Of a stretch of 64,000 nucleotides of DNA, positions 1-10,815 are shown one piece after another; within the stretch, counting starts at the first letter, position 1, and each line of letters begins with the position of its first letter. Source of the stretch: Octopus sinensis (taxonomy: Eukaryota); NCBI RefSeq assembly GCF_006345805.1, contig NC_043003.1:10354001-10418000 (forward strand), written 5' to 3'. The notes below the pieces were generated by a model, which saw only the letters and a program-made list of their open reading frames with translations, ran no database searches and was not told the DNA's origin. The position numbers and the translations under genes are program-made.

Positions 1-568
1 ACATTCATGCGTACTCGCGCGCGCATACGTGTTTGTGTGTGTGTGTGTGTGGAGAGAGAGAGCGCGAGAGAGAGAAAGAAAAAGAGTGGGAGGCAGAGGG
101 AGAGAGAGAGAGAGAGAGAGAGAGACGGAAATAGAAGGCGAATTTTAAGGACGTGAAGTAAATTTTCCGGTTACTCTCTTGGTTTTTAAAACAAATTTTA
201 TCCCACTTATATCATACATCATATCTTAATCTCCCGGTAACGATTTACAGTTGTGGCATTTCCGTATTTACGGCAATATAAAACGCTCAAGTTTCAATCT
301 ACAGCAGGTTTTGGTCACTTACGAATCTCTCTACGTGCTTCAGAGACTCATAATAGCCACCATTAACTCTATATTCAGTGTCATTAAGACGCTGCTCTAT
401 TTCTAATTCGATGGGTATGTTCAGTGACAGTAAATTGATAATTGGTTAAACCAATTGAGTTTATCGCAGTTCATACACTGCTGTAAATGATCTCTGCGTC
501 CCATGATTTATTTCTTGTTGCTTCTGTTTTCCCGGCATGATAACGGCTTCAAGTTTTGGCACAAATGA

Positions 569-801
569 AGGCGGCAAGCTGGCAGAAACTTTAGCACGCC
601 GGGCGAAATGCTTAGCGGTATTTCATCTGCCGTTACGTTCTGAGTTCAAATTCCGCCGAGGTCGACTTTGCCTTTCATCCTTTCGGGGTCGATAAATTAA
701 GTATCAGTTACACACTGGGGTCAATGTAATCGACTTAATCCATTTGTCTGTCCTTGTTTGTCCCCTCTATGTTTAGCCCCTTATGGGCAATAAAGAAATA
801 A
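569..801 (+). mobile_element. tRNA-head SINE, family S2 (Nin/Deu-like core)
   Basis: Head GGCGGCAAGCTGGCAGAAAC, B-box GAGTTCAAATTCC, core CTTTCATCCTTTCGGGGTCGATAAATTAAGTA, 3' AAAGAAATA. More than 15 related copies in the window. The Nin/Deu assignment is from recall. Confidence 0.9.
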
Positions 802-1009
802 GTTTTGGCACAAGACTGATAGTTTAAAGTTTGTGGTGGGGGGGTTCAAATGGTACATATTTTATCAATTCGAAGGAATGAACAGCAAATTCGAACACGG
901 GGCGATTGAACATCAAAGCCGAATGTAATAAACCGGAAAAAAGCTGCTCGGCAATTTTGTTCGGTGAGCTAACGATTGTTCTAACTCGCCGCTTTTCTCA
1001 GCATAGTAA

Positions 1010-1485
1010 TAGATAGAGCTTAGAGGAAAACCAACGAAGGATGAAGGATTCCCTTCATCTGGGAGATATATAACAGCCACATTACCATCAAATTATATCC
1101 TGACGTCGCCAAAGATAGACAGACTGGTTGGCCAGTATGAATCTAGATTTAAGAAGACGAACCGATTGGAATAACTTTATTGATATGTCTAACAGTTAGA
1201 GATACAAGTAAAATTAATGGCATGGACATGTCAAAAGAAGCTCCAGTCAAGTAAAGATAATCCTGCACGTTACAGTGGAAGGTGGATGAAGCAAGGCAGG
1301 CCGAGGAAAAGATGAGCTTGTAACATCCATGAGTGGACGGGCCTCATTTTTGCCGACTCACATAGAGCACAAAAGTCGGAGAAAATTGAAGAAATCTTGT
1401 TGTGACGTCATCACCGATCACACGGTAGAGGGATAGGATGGGATAGGGTGGATAGGATGAGACAGGATGGGATAGGATAGGATAT
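1010..1485 (+). mobile_element. RTE-clade LINE 3' remnant with (GGATA)n tail
   Basis: Frameshifted WHGHVKRSSSQVKIILHVTVEGG*/KQGRPRKR*ACNIHEWTGL matches the RTE C-terminal pattern W.GHV.R...IL.GTVEG.R..GRP.KRW.DNI.EWTG; GGATA repeats at about 1430-1485. Confidence 0.8.
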
Positions 1486-2507
1486 ACCTGGAGCAGGGCT
1501 AGTCTCAGGATAAACAACAATATTTCAAATCCAAAATAGGCCCCTGTCTCTGCAAAATATCCTTTCCTCTTCTAAGTAGGCGATTTAAAAATCCATAATC
1601 ATAGATTGCATTTTGTGAAGTAGCATACATAAGACATATAAAAAATTAAGAGGGTGTATCAGAGATACATGGGATTGTATGAAGTGTAAAGCAATCCTAA
1701 TAAATGTACAATAGTGTGTTGGGAACATTATTCGTCATAAAACAGTTGTCCTCCGATTACGAAACAAAACAGCAATTAACATATTCAGGTCCGAAGAAGC
1801 TTGAGCATATTGGTTTCAAATTTTGGCACGAGGCCAGCAATTTCGAGGCAGAGAGTAAGTCGATTCGATCGACCCCAGTGCTCTACTGGAACTTATTTGG
1901 TCGACCGCGAAAGGGTAAAAGTCAAAGTTGATAGAATAAGTAATAGGCTTCAAAATAAAAACCCCTCGGGACGATTTCTTCGACTAAAACCCTTTAAAGC
2001 AGTGCTCCAGCATGACCCCAGTCAAATGACTGAAATAAGCAAAATAATGATTTGTATTTTCCCTTTAATTTAATAATTTTTACTGGTATTTGATGTGTCG
2101 TATCTTTTATTTTGATGTATACTCAATAAGCTAAAACTGTATTATAATTCAATTAGCAATTTTAACATGATGCTTTCAAAGTGAGTTAAAAACAAAAGTC
2201 AACAATCTGTTTATATCGGTTTATCAAATTATTATATCAATTTAACTTTTATCAAAACCATCCTTATTCGGGGAAAAATCCTTTAATACTCCACTGCAGA
2301 CAACTAATGATTCCGAAACAGATGTGTAAGTATTGCTTATGATACAGCACAATCATATGACCACAACTGTGTAGGTTGATTCGACAAATTAATAAACAAA
2401 TAACAAAAGAACAGAAGATATGTAATCACTTTCATTACTTTACAGCCGTTTCTGGTATATGAGTGAGTATATATGTGGAGGCGTATATATGAGTGAGTAT
2501 ATATATG

Positions 2508-2812
2508 TGGAGGCGCAATGGCCTAGTGGTTAGGGCAGCGGACTCGCGGTCGCAGGATCGCGGTTTCGATTCCCAAACCGGGCGTTGTGAGTGTTTATTG
2601 AGCGAAAACACCTAAAAGCTCCACGAGCTCCGGCAGGGGGGGGTGATCCCTGCTGTACTCTTTCACCACTCTTTCTCCTACTCTTTCTTCTGTTGGCCTG
2701 CTCGCTTAGCCAGCGGGGTGGCGTCATTCGAAGGCTAAAACAATGCGAACGCATTGTGACCAGCGATGTGTAACAACATCTGATGGTCTGGTCGGTCACG
2801 TGATCACGTGAT
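2508..2812 (+). mobile_element. tRNA-derived SINE, family S3
   Basis: Head TGGAGGCGCAATGGCCTAGTGGTTAGGGCAGCGGACTCGCGG...GGTTTCGATTCC with A and B boxes. Related copies at 3655, 12250, 20425, 29190, 50710, 52222 and 52393. Confidence 0.9.
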
Positions 2813-2819
2813 ATATCTA

Positions 2820-2881
<62 letters not shown>

Positions 2882-2896
2882 GAGAGAGAGCTAGAC

Positions 2897-2964
<68 letters not shown>

Positions 2965-3574
2965 GGATAGATAACTGTCTTTATTGACCACACCAGGCTG
3001 AACTCAGAGGGACAGAGGGGACAAATACAAATGTAGAGTTTGTCTTCACGAAAATGAAAAAAAGAGAAAAATAAGAAAAAAAGTAAAATTCCTATCAAAA
3101 GGGATGAGGGGGAAAAACGAGATAGATAGATAGATAAAGTAGTAAAACAGACACACAGATAAGACAGATGTTGTTATGCATAGACGACTTGCGAAGTCCC
3201 AGTCAACTTAACCTTCACTCTACACTTTGTATAGTAAACACACCATCAGTGAATGAGCTGCTGTTATTCTTAAATATAGTTTAAAATAATAAATATATTT
3301 TAAGCATTTATATAAATACGCCGGTGTGTTTGTGCGCGCATGTATGCGTATGTGCGTGTGCGTGTGTCTAAGTCTGTGTATCATCCTATCTTATTCGATA
3401 CACATCTTTCTCTCTATCTTTTCTCTCCTGCCTCTCTAACTGTCTCACTCTCTCTACATACACACATACATACATTCATACATACATACACACGAAATCT
3501 TGAAATATAACTGAACAATAACATACATACAAACATACTACATATATACATATATATACATGTATATATATGTA

Positions 3575-3626
<52 letters not shown>

Positions 3627-3654
3627 TACATCAATATGTGTGTGTGTGTTTATG

Positions 3655-3955
3655 TGAAAGCGCGTGGCTTAGTGGCTAGGGCATTCGGCTCACGATTGTC
3701 AGGTCGTGAGTTCAATTCCCAGCGACGCAAGACACTTTATTTTACGTTGCTCAAGTCTACTCAGCTGGCAAAAATGAGTTGTACCTATATTTCAAAAGGG
3801 CCGGCCTTGTCACACTCTGTGTCACGCTGAATCTCCCTGAGAACAACGTTAGAGGTACATGTGTCTGTGGAGTGCTCGGCCACTTGCACGTTAATTTCAC
3901 GAGCAGGCTATTCCGTTGAGCGTATCAGCTGGGACCCTCGTCTGACGGAGTGCTC
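3655..3955 (+). mobile_element. SINE family S3 (variant)
   Basis: Degenerate tRNA head plus the body GAGAACAACGTTAGAGGTACATGTGTCTGTGGAGTGCTCGGCCACTTGCACGTTAATTTCACGAGCAGG, shared with the 20425 and 29190 copies. Confidence 0.85.
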
Positions 3956-4069
3956 ACCGATATATATATACATACACAAATATTTCTGTGTGTGTGAAGG
4001 TATATATGCATATGTATATAAAGAGAGAGAGAGTGGGATATATATTATATATATGAATATATATATATA

Positions 4070-4454
4070 CTAGCAGCATCGCCCGGCGTTGCTCGGGTTT
4101 GTTTCGACCCTTTAGAATTGGAATTTTTGAAAAGTAAAAATTTTGCATTATGTAGCTTGTTATTCTCTTTAAGTGAACATTTTTCTGGTTGAAATACACC
4201 GACAAATGGCGACACAGCAGTCAAAAAATCGTAAGAAATAGGCATTTTCATAGAAAAAAGCACCTTTTTGATGTAAATAATGTTTGGTGTTAATATGGTC
4301 CGATTTGAATTTTTTCTTCTACGAAAGGAAGAGCAAGCTTTCGTCTATCATACTCTCAATTTTGGTCAACTTGCGCCGCAGGGTCTCGAAGGAGACAGTG
4401 TTGAAGGCTACCAAGCCTGCCATACACAGACAACTTCAGTTTTATATATAGAGA
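4070..4454 (-). mobile_element. Non-autonomous Helitron
   Basis: Minus strand starts TC(TC)TATATATAAAA and ends CCCGAGCAACGCCGGGCGATGCTGCTAG followed by T (GC hairpin plus CTAG). The 3' end is shared with the 26246 element. Confidence 0.8.
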
Positions 4455-4527
4455 GGTATATAGAATACGTTTAAAATATACTTATGTAATATATAAAATA
4501 TACATTTAACACATCTATAAATAAATA

Positions 4528-4579
<52 letters not shown>

Positions 4580-4765
4580 TATATACACATATACACACAC
4601 ATACACACACACACACAAGAGCTGAAATTAAGTGATACATGCATACATATCTTTCTGCCATTTCTTAATTGGACGTACAGCACCACCAAGAAACATAATC
4701 TTGATAAAACCAGATGATTACGCAACATAAGGCAAGTGATGGAATGTTGAGTGATTTACACTCAC

Positions 4766-4860
4766 CAATAATGAATGCTATTCGTAATATTACAGTACAT
4801 CGTTGACCTAAGCACCAGACTTTGGCATTCACCTCACTTTCACCTCTCTTTATATAGAGG
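4766..4860 (-). CDS. Candidate internal exon (LYIKRGESEVNAKVWCLGQRCTVILRIAFII), product unknown
   Basis: Acceptor ttattgcag| and donor G|gtgagt, 95 nt, only one open frame (phase 2 to 1), in non-repetitive sequence. No homolog recognised. Confidence 0.3.
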
Positions 4861-5053
4861 CTGCAATAACATTACTGAAATTTTTATATTCATTGGTGGT
4901 TCTTTTTTGTTTTGGTTTTGTGGTTTATATTTACTTCTTCGTTTGTTTATGACTTTTGTATTGTATATTTATTTGCTCTGTATTATTTGGTGTATCAAAG
5001 AGGAAAGGTTGTTCTCTTACTCAATTAAGGTGTGAATAGGCTAGAAATTTTAC

Positions 5054-5135
5054 CATCAGACTTGATTTAAATTGGAGCTTGGCAAGTGCAGAGTAAAGAA
5101 TTAACTCGGATTGGGGGAAATGCATAACATCTAGA
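5054..5135 (-). CDS. Candidate internal exon (LDVMHFPQSELILYSALAKLQFKSSLM), product unknown
   Basis: Strong acceptor ttattttgtatcttcag| and donor ATG|gtaaaa, 82 nt, one open frame (phase 2 to 0). Confidence 0.35.
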
Positions 5136-5344
5136 CTGAAGATACAAAATAATATGTTTCTGACGAGGAAAGGATTGTGTATCTACAAAAGTAAATAGTT
5201 ATCATGTGAATAACAAAATTAAATACCGGTGTTGAAACATGTAAATTCTATAGAACAGGCACACCCCACACACACACACGCACTCATGTGTGTGTAAGTA
5301 TTCATACAGACACATACAGCTTTAGTTTATATTAATTGTATTTC

Positions 5345-5388
5345 AGCCAGATTTCTTTCGTCACAGTTCTGTGACCTCATTAGTGGTC
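5345..5388 (-). ncRNA. Minimal type-I hammerhead motif, family C, G5A mutant
   Basis: GACCA-CUAAUGA-G-GUCACAG-AA-CUGUGAC-GAAA-GAAA-UC/UGGCU. Confidence 0.65.
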
Positions 5389-5460
5389 CTTTGCTTTTTT
5401 CTTTCTTGGCAGGTCGTTAGGAAGGAGAGACACAAAAAAAAAACGAATAAGGAAGCAAAA

Positions 5461-5504
5461 GGCCACTGATGAGGTCACAGAAGTGTGACAAAAGAACTCT
5501 GGCC
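5461..5504 (+). ncRNA. Minimal type-I hammerhead motif, family C, G12A mutant
   Basis: GGCCA-CUGAUGA-G-GUCACA-GAAG-UGUGAC-AAAA-GAAC-UC/UGGCC; 5-bp stem I, 6-bp stem II. Confidence 0.7.
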
Positions 5505-5689
5505 GAGATACAATTAATATGAAATAAAGCTGAAGCAAGTAAACACCAAATATACAGTGTCTGTGTTTTCATTGGCTAAATTGATAACATGACCATCCCC
5601 AAATAAAAGAATATCTGTTTCAACACACGAATTCACATAAAAAATCTTGCTAAACGAATATTTAAATGTATATAAATATATATATACGC

Positions 5690-6032
5690 TTTTACTCTTT
5701 TACTTGTTTCAGTCGTTTGACTGCGGCCATGGAGGAGCACCGCCCTCCAGTCGAGCAAATCGACCCCAGGACTTATTCTTTGTAAGCCTAGTACTTATTC
5801 TATCGGTCTTTTTTGCCGAACCCCTAAGTTACGGGGACGTAAACACACTAGTATCGATTGCCAAGTGATGTTGGGGGGACAAACACAGACACACAAACAT
5901 ATATATACATATACAAGGGCTTCTTTCAGTTTCCGTCTACCAAACCACCCACAAGGATTTGGTCGCCCCGAAGCTATAGTAGAAGACAGTTGCCCAAGTT
6001 GCCACGCAGTGGGACTGAACCCGGAACCATGT
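5690..6032 (-). mobile_element. tRNA-head SINE, family S1 (head truncated)
   Basis: Matches full copies at 6467, 19740, 25410, 28130, 40100 and 53632 (consensus head AGGCGCAGGAGTGGCTGTGTGGTAAG). Confidence 0.9.
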
Positions 6033-6054
6033 GATACATATATATATATGTATG

Positions 6055-6164
6055 TGTGTATATGTTTGTGTCTGTGTTTGTCCCCCCAACATCACTTGGC
6101 AACCGATACTAGTGTGTTTACGTCCCCGTAACTTAGGGGTTCGGCAAAAAAGACCGATAGAATA
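6055..6164 (+). repeat. Inverted (fold-back) copy of 5796-5900
   Basis: Its reverse complement matches 5796-5900 except for one substitution and one AC unit. Confidence 0.9.
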
Positions 6165-6167
6165 TAA

Positions 6168-6400
6168 GGGCGGCGAGCTGGCAGAAACGTTAGCACGCCG
6201 GGCGAAATGCGCAGCCGTTTTCCTCTGTCGTTACGTTCTGAGTTCAAATTCCGCCGAGGTTGACTTTGCCTTTCATCCTTTCGGGGTCGATAAATAAAGT
6301 ACCAGTTACGCACTGGGGTCGATATAATCGACTTAATCCCTTTGTCTGTCCTTGTCTGTCCCCTCTATGTTCAGCCCCTTGTGGGTAGTAAAGAAATATG
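6168..6400 (+). mobile_element. SINE family S2
   Basis: Full-length copy with tRNA-like head and Nin-like core. Confidence 0.9.
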
Positions 6401-6434
6401 TATATTATATGTATGCATATACATACATCTGTAG

Positions 6435-6466
<32 letters not shown>

Positions 6467-6682
6467 TCTTTTACACTTTTACTCTTTTACTTGTTTCAGT
6501 CCTTTGACTGTGGCCATGCTGGAGCACCGCCTTTAGTCGAGCAAATCGACCCCAGGACTTATTCTTTGTAACCCCAGTACTTATTCTATCGTTCCCTTTT
6601 GCCGAACCGCTAAGTGACGGTGACGTAAACACACCAGCATCGGTTGTCAAGCAATGCTAGGGGGACAAACACAGACAAACAA

Positions 6683-6713
<31 letters not shown>

Positions 6714-6900
6714 CATATATACATATATACATATATACGACAGGCTTCTTTCAGTTTCCGTCTACCAAATCCACTCACAAGGCATTGGTCGGCCCGGGGC
6801 TATAGCAGAAGACACTTGCCCAAGATGCCACGCAGTGGGACTAAACCCGGAACCATGTGGTTGGTTAGCAAGCTACTTACCACACAGCCATTCCTGCGCC
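6467..6900 (-). mobile_element. SINE family S1, full length
   Basis: Head on the minus strand at about 6900; (CTCTTTTA)n tail at about 6467-6490. Confidence 0.92.
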
Positions 6901-6924
6901 TATATATATATACATATACTTTAA

Positions 6925-7510
6925 CAGGTTTCGGCCTGTATTGACCCTGTTCATGTCTAACTTAATAGCATCACCTGGCAAAGTCATTCAATCAGGAATC
7001 GGACAACATGGCCCACTCGAGGAGAGAGCTATTGTTTACGGAGGCATATCCGTCCGTACGAAGTTTATTCGGGATTTTTTGAAGGAATTTGTCCAAAGAA
7101 TTCTTAAACTTTATGTGGTCTGTTTATGCTTTAATATGTTTTGGTGTAATGTTAAAGAGAGCAGGGCCAAATGAGGTGAAATGATTGTGCCTTATTGTTG
7201 TTATGTGATGCTAGTATGATTTATGTTGTGAGCGAATAGCAGGGGGTCCAAGTCTTGGGTGCATCTTAAAGGCGATGCCAACATCGTTTGGGCAATGCTG
7301 ATGGAATATTTTCCACATTATGCCGATGGTGCAGCGCTCACAGCGGCGTTATAAGGAATACGCTTGAGCTTTTCTTGTCGACCCCAATAGTCAAGGCCTG
7401 TCATGCCATCTATCTTTTTTGTAATTGACCTTTGAGGTCCATCAGTTTTCATGATAATTTGTTTCGTGTGGGGAAAGCACAGTGGACAACAGTATTCAAG
7501 GCAGGGTCGG
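6925..7510 (-). mobile_element. CR1-clade LINE 3' remnant
   Basis: HTFARPCLEYCCPLCFPH...QRSITKKIDGMTGLDYWGRQEKLK matches the CR1 RT C-terminus (RPHLEYCS.VW.P...QR..TK.I.G...L.Y.ERL). Confidence 0.85.
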
Positions 7511-7514
7511 GCAA

Positions 7515-7825
7515 AAGTATGTATATATATAACGGGAAGCTTTATGAAAATAGACAAAAGACGAAGGCAGGTTTACGGAAATAAACAAAAGACGAAGGCA
7601 GGTGGAATACAAACAAACAATTGTATTATATATATGTAGTTAATCCAAACAAGAAAACACAAAAAAAAACAAAAAAACACAACAACGCGAGGACGTGGAA
7701 CAAATAAGGTATTATTGGACGCTCAGGAAAGAAGGAAAGAAGGAGGGTTTAACGTTTCGAGCGGAGCTCTTCATCGAAAACAAAGGAGAAGGAAAGATCC
7801 CGAGAAGGGAAGACAGAGGAAAAAA
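7515..7825 (-). mobile_element. Short PLE-type terminal elements (family A abutting a family B flank)
   Basis: 7640-7825 is the reverse complement of the 17180-17392 element; 7515-7630 matches the 21390-21460 flank; both lie in (TA)n. Confidence 0.75.
7747..7781 (-). ncRNA. Minimal type-I hammerhead motif, family A
   Basis: GUUU-UCGAUGA-A-GAGC-UCC-GCUC-GAAAC-GUU/AAAC. Confidence 0.65.
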
Positions 7826-7877
7826 TATATATATATATATAACAAAGTGAAGTTGTAAGGTACCGCACGAGTTGAAT

Positions 7878-7989
7878 TATATATGAAAGAAGGTTTGAAA
7901 ATGCAATTTTAAAATATGTTTATTCACTTGACCGGTCAAGTGAATAAACAGCTTTTAAAATTGCATTTTCAAACCTTCTTTCATATATA
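7878..7989. repeat. 112-bp loopless palindrome
   Basis: 54 of 56 positions pair, checked base by base; centre GACC|GGTC at 7933/7934. Confidence 0.97.
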
Positions 7990-7999
7990 TATATATATA

Positions 8000-8240
8000 T
8001 ATAACAGCTGCTTTCTCGTTAGAAATGCCATTGCCAAAAAGACTTACTGAAATGATTCATGATTGTTGCCATGTGATGCCCTTAAATGACTTTTAAGCCT
8101 TGCCAAGCTTTTACATATTTTATTACATACTAGACAACTGTGCTGGCTGGCAGGAGAAACAGGTGTCGTCATATGCATCTCTTAGCATGTCTTTTTAGAC
8201 CTCCAACTGAGAGGCACACCCTTCCACATCTTACACACGT
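8000..8240 (-). mobile_element. RTE-type LINE C-terminal remnant with two zinc fingers
   Basis: CVRCGRVCLSVGGLKRHAKRC, then a frameshift, then CLVCNKICKSLARLKSHLRASH. This Cx2Cx3C...L..H pattern is typical of RTE ends, and the TGEKP linkers of host ZNFs are absent. Confidence 0.6.
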
Positions 8241-8300
8241 TCTGTTATAAATTTTAAAATGGTGTGCAAAGTATGTATGTATATCAATCTTTGTATTTAC

Positions 8301-8436
8301 GTCGAGTTGCTGAATAATTCCTCAATATTTTTCATAGAGTAAATATTTATTACCTTTTTCAAGAACAGAAATGACAGTGATTCCAATGAGCCAATCTGGG
8401 AAAACAAGCAGGTGGCAATCACAGTTATTTCACTTC
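8301..8436 (-). CDS. Candidate internal exon (GSEITVIATCLFSQIGSLESLSFLFLKK, optionally VINIYSMKNIEELFSNST)
   Basis: Acceptor ttatgcttttgcag|, single open frame. Donor is AAG|gtaata (ends 8354, phase 0) or AC|gtaaat (ends 8301, phase 2, compatible with the 5135 or 4860 candidates). Confidence 0.35.
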
Positions 8437-8449
8437 CTGCAAAAGCATA

Positions 8450-8542
<93 letters not shown>

Positions 8543-8622
8543 CATACATGCATATATACATACAAACATACATACATGCATACATATATGCATACATGTA
8601 TGTATGTATGTATGTATGTATG

Positions 8623-8654
<32 letters not shown>

Positions 8655-9209
8655 CGTTTGGCCTGATGAATATTTTAATTTGGAAATCTATATGATAACC
8701 ATTGTTCTGAATACGCACCCCCTCTTTCTTCATAAACTTTTGAAATGAATTCCGTTAATTGCTCTCTTAAAAATCGTTCTGTCTATTTTTATGTCCGCAT
8801 TTACTTTTGAAATATGACACGAAACTATAAATTGTGTTCAGTCTTTTGTTTTTAATCAACATAAGTGTTAAAATATATTATGAACAGAAATGAGAATTGT
8901 ATTTCTTTTTGTTTATTTTCTTTGTTTTATGTTCATTTGTTTCTTTGTTTATTTTATTCGTCTCTTTAATTTCGAACAAACTATAAATTATTTCCATAAT
9001 GAAGAGTATCGTAATGAATTCAAGATAGAAATTAACCATGCATTTAAAGAAACTCTTTTAATATTACGCGACCATATATTCTACAAAGAAGTAAATGGAT
9101 GATTTTATATAAGTAGGTATGTTGTAATAAAGAAAGACGGAAGACAAAAACATGCGAAAACGAAAGTGTACTAGAGCTAGCGAGATAGCTTGGTAGATAA
9201 GTAGATAGG

Positions 9210-9314
<105 letters not shown>

Positions 9315-9344
9315 TAGGTTTGTAGTTAAACAGATAGTTAGATA

Positions 9345-10815
9345 CGAGAGGCTACCCAAAAGAAATCGGAATTTTGCAATATTATTTTATTCATTTAGTT
9401 TTTCATATTAACACTTTTATGGCCTTCAAAGTATCCACTATTTGAAGCAATGCATTGGTCCAAGCGCGTTCTCCCTATTCGAAGCGGTGCTGAACTTTGC
9501 GAAGTGATGCCTTTTAACGTCTCCGCCGTTTTCTTCCATTCTTTTATTCTTTCTCACCTCGTCCACATTTGCAAATTCCGTAACACCAGCTTTCTTCACC
9601 AGCGATGACTTCAAAACAAAGGTCCGGATCAACTTCCAACTGTTCTTTAAGTCGTGACTGCTTTTGATATTCCGTGAGCAATTCGATGCACAAATTATTG
9701 GGTTTTCCGGAAAGTTCGTGTCGATTTTTACAGGAGAGAAAATGGTCAATAAATACTTGCCGTTACATTTTTACTCAACCAAATATGAACCATTTTGTTG
9801 CACAATGCGTTTCCCTCTTTCCTTTAACTTGATAATACCCACTTCCCAGAATTGAGGTGGTTTCATGGCAAAGAATTCATCAAGTTATCTTTTTACGTCA
9901 TCAAAGGAATTGAAATTTTTACCATTAAGACTATTCTGCAGAGACCTGAATAAGTGGAAATCCGAAGGAGCAATATCTGGTGAATATGGAGGGTGGAGGT
10001 AACACATCCCAGCCGAGCTGCAGCAATTTTTGTCTGGTTCCCAAAGCATCAAGTGCCGAAAATGAACTTTCTCATCTTCCATTTTAAAGGGTTACAGAAT
10101 TAACTCAGGTTATAGGAACATAAACCTTCTTCCACGCAAGATAGCTTACACTGTACTCTAAATGGAGGTGTAGTCAAATCCTATTTTGTGGACTCAACTA
10201 TGTTCTAAAATAAGTCGAAATGTAAGCTACTGTAAATGGACGCGAACTTTCCGGACAACCCAATATGTTGCAACTCTTTTCATTCGCAATTCAACGCTCA
10301 AAATTCGTTGGCAGGAGCTCCGGAACACACCGATCATACAAACAACTTCGTTAATTGTTCGGCGACAGTCCTCTAAGGTCAGTTTGTGAATTTTCCTGAT
10401 GTTCTCATTCATTCGGGAAGTCGACGGTCGCCCTGAACAAGGTTGGTTTTCAAGCGACAAGTAACCATTCCTAAAGCGTGAAAACAACCAGTAAACTTGT
10501 CTTTTGCTCATGGCAGCGTCCTTGTAAACTGCCTGAAGTATGACAGCTGTTTCGGTCGCCGTTTTCTCCACCAGAAAACAGAATTTTGCCGAAGCACACT
10601 GTTCCTTCGTTTTAACCATCACAAAAATAAACGAACAGGAGAGAAGCACTGCAAAACAAAGACGTACCACACAGCAACACAACGTTATACGATGGGGCCG
10701 ATCAGCAGATTGATGCCTGAGTGTCGCATCAAGTGGCTTCTAGCGGCGGAAGCCTGAAATACAATGCGCTTTGTCCCACAGAAAACGTTTCCGGTTACTT
10801 TCCATTCATTTACAC
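9345..10815 (-). mobile_element. Degraded mariner (outer), internally deleted and interrupted by a second mariner
   Basis: N-terminal EQCASAKFCFLVEKTATET...CSGRPSTS...ELRMKRVAT at 10266-10620; it resumes FVHR at 9695 and ends DQCIASNSGYFEG. TA then CGAGAGGCTACCCAAAAGAAATCGGAA at 9345; a similar inverted end at about 10790-10815. Confidence 0.85.
9698..10263 (-). mobile_element. Internally deleted mariner (inner, mellifera-like), 566 bp
   Basis: TIRs TTGGGTT(T/G)TCCGGAAAGTTCG(T/C)GTC(G/C)ATT; TA at 9696-9697 and 10264-10265. ORF MEDEKVHFRHLMLWE is fused to HPPYSPDIAPSDFHLFRSLQNSLNGKNF. Confidence 0.92.

Larger units (their letters stand above)
5317..5532. repeat. Inverted repeat, 80-bp arms with 56-nt spacer; each arm holds a degenerate hammerhead
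   Basis: Arms 5317-5396 and 5453-5532 align gap-free with 10 mismatches by manual alignment. Confidence 0.92.

Noticed and set aside
2796-2811. TCACGTGATCACGTGA double E-box palindrome
   Set aside because: Explained as the tandem 8-mer tail of the S3 SINE.
8030-8240. C2H2-like fingers as part of the octopus ZNF expansion
   Set aside because: The Cx2Cx3C spacing, terminal Cys, frameshift and absence of TGEKP linkers fit an RTE C-terminus better.
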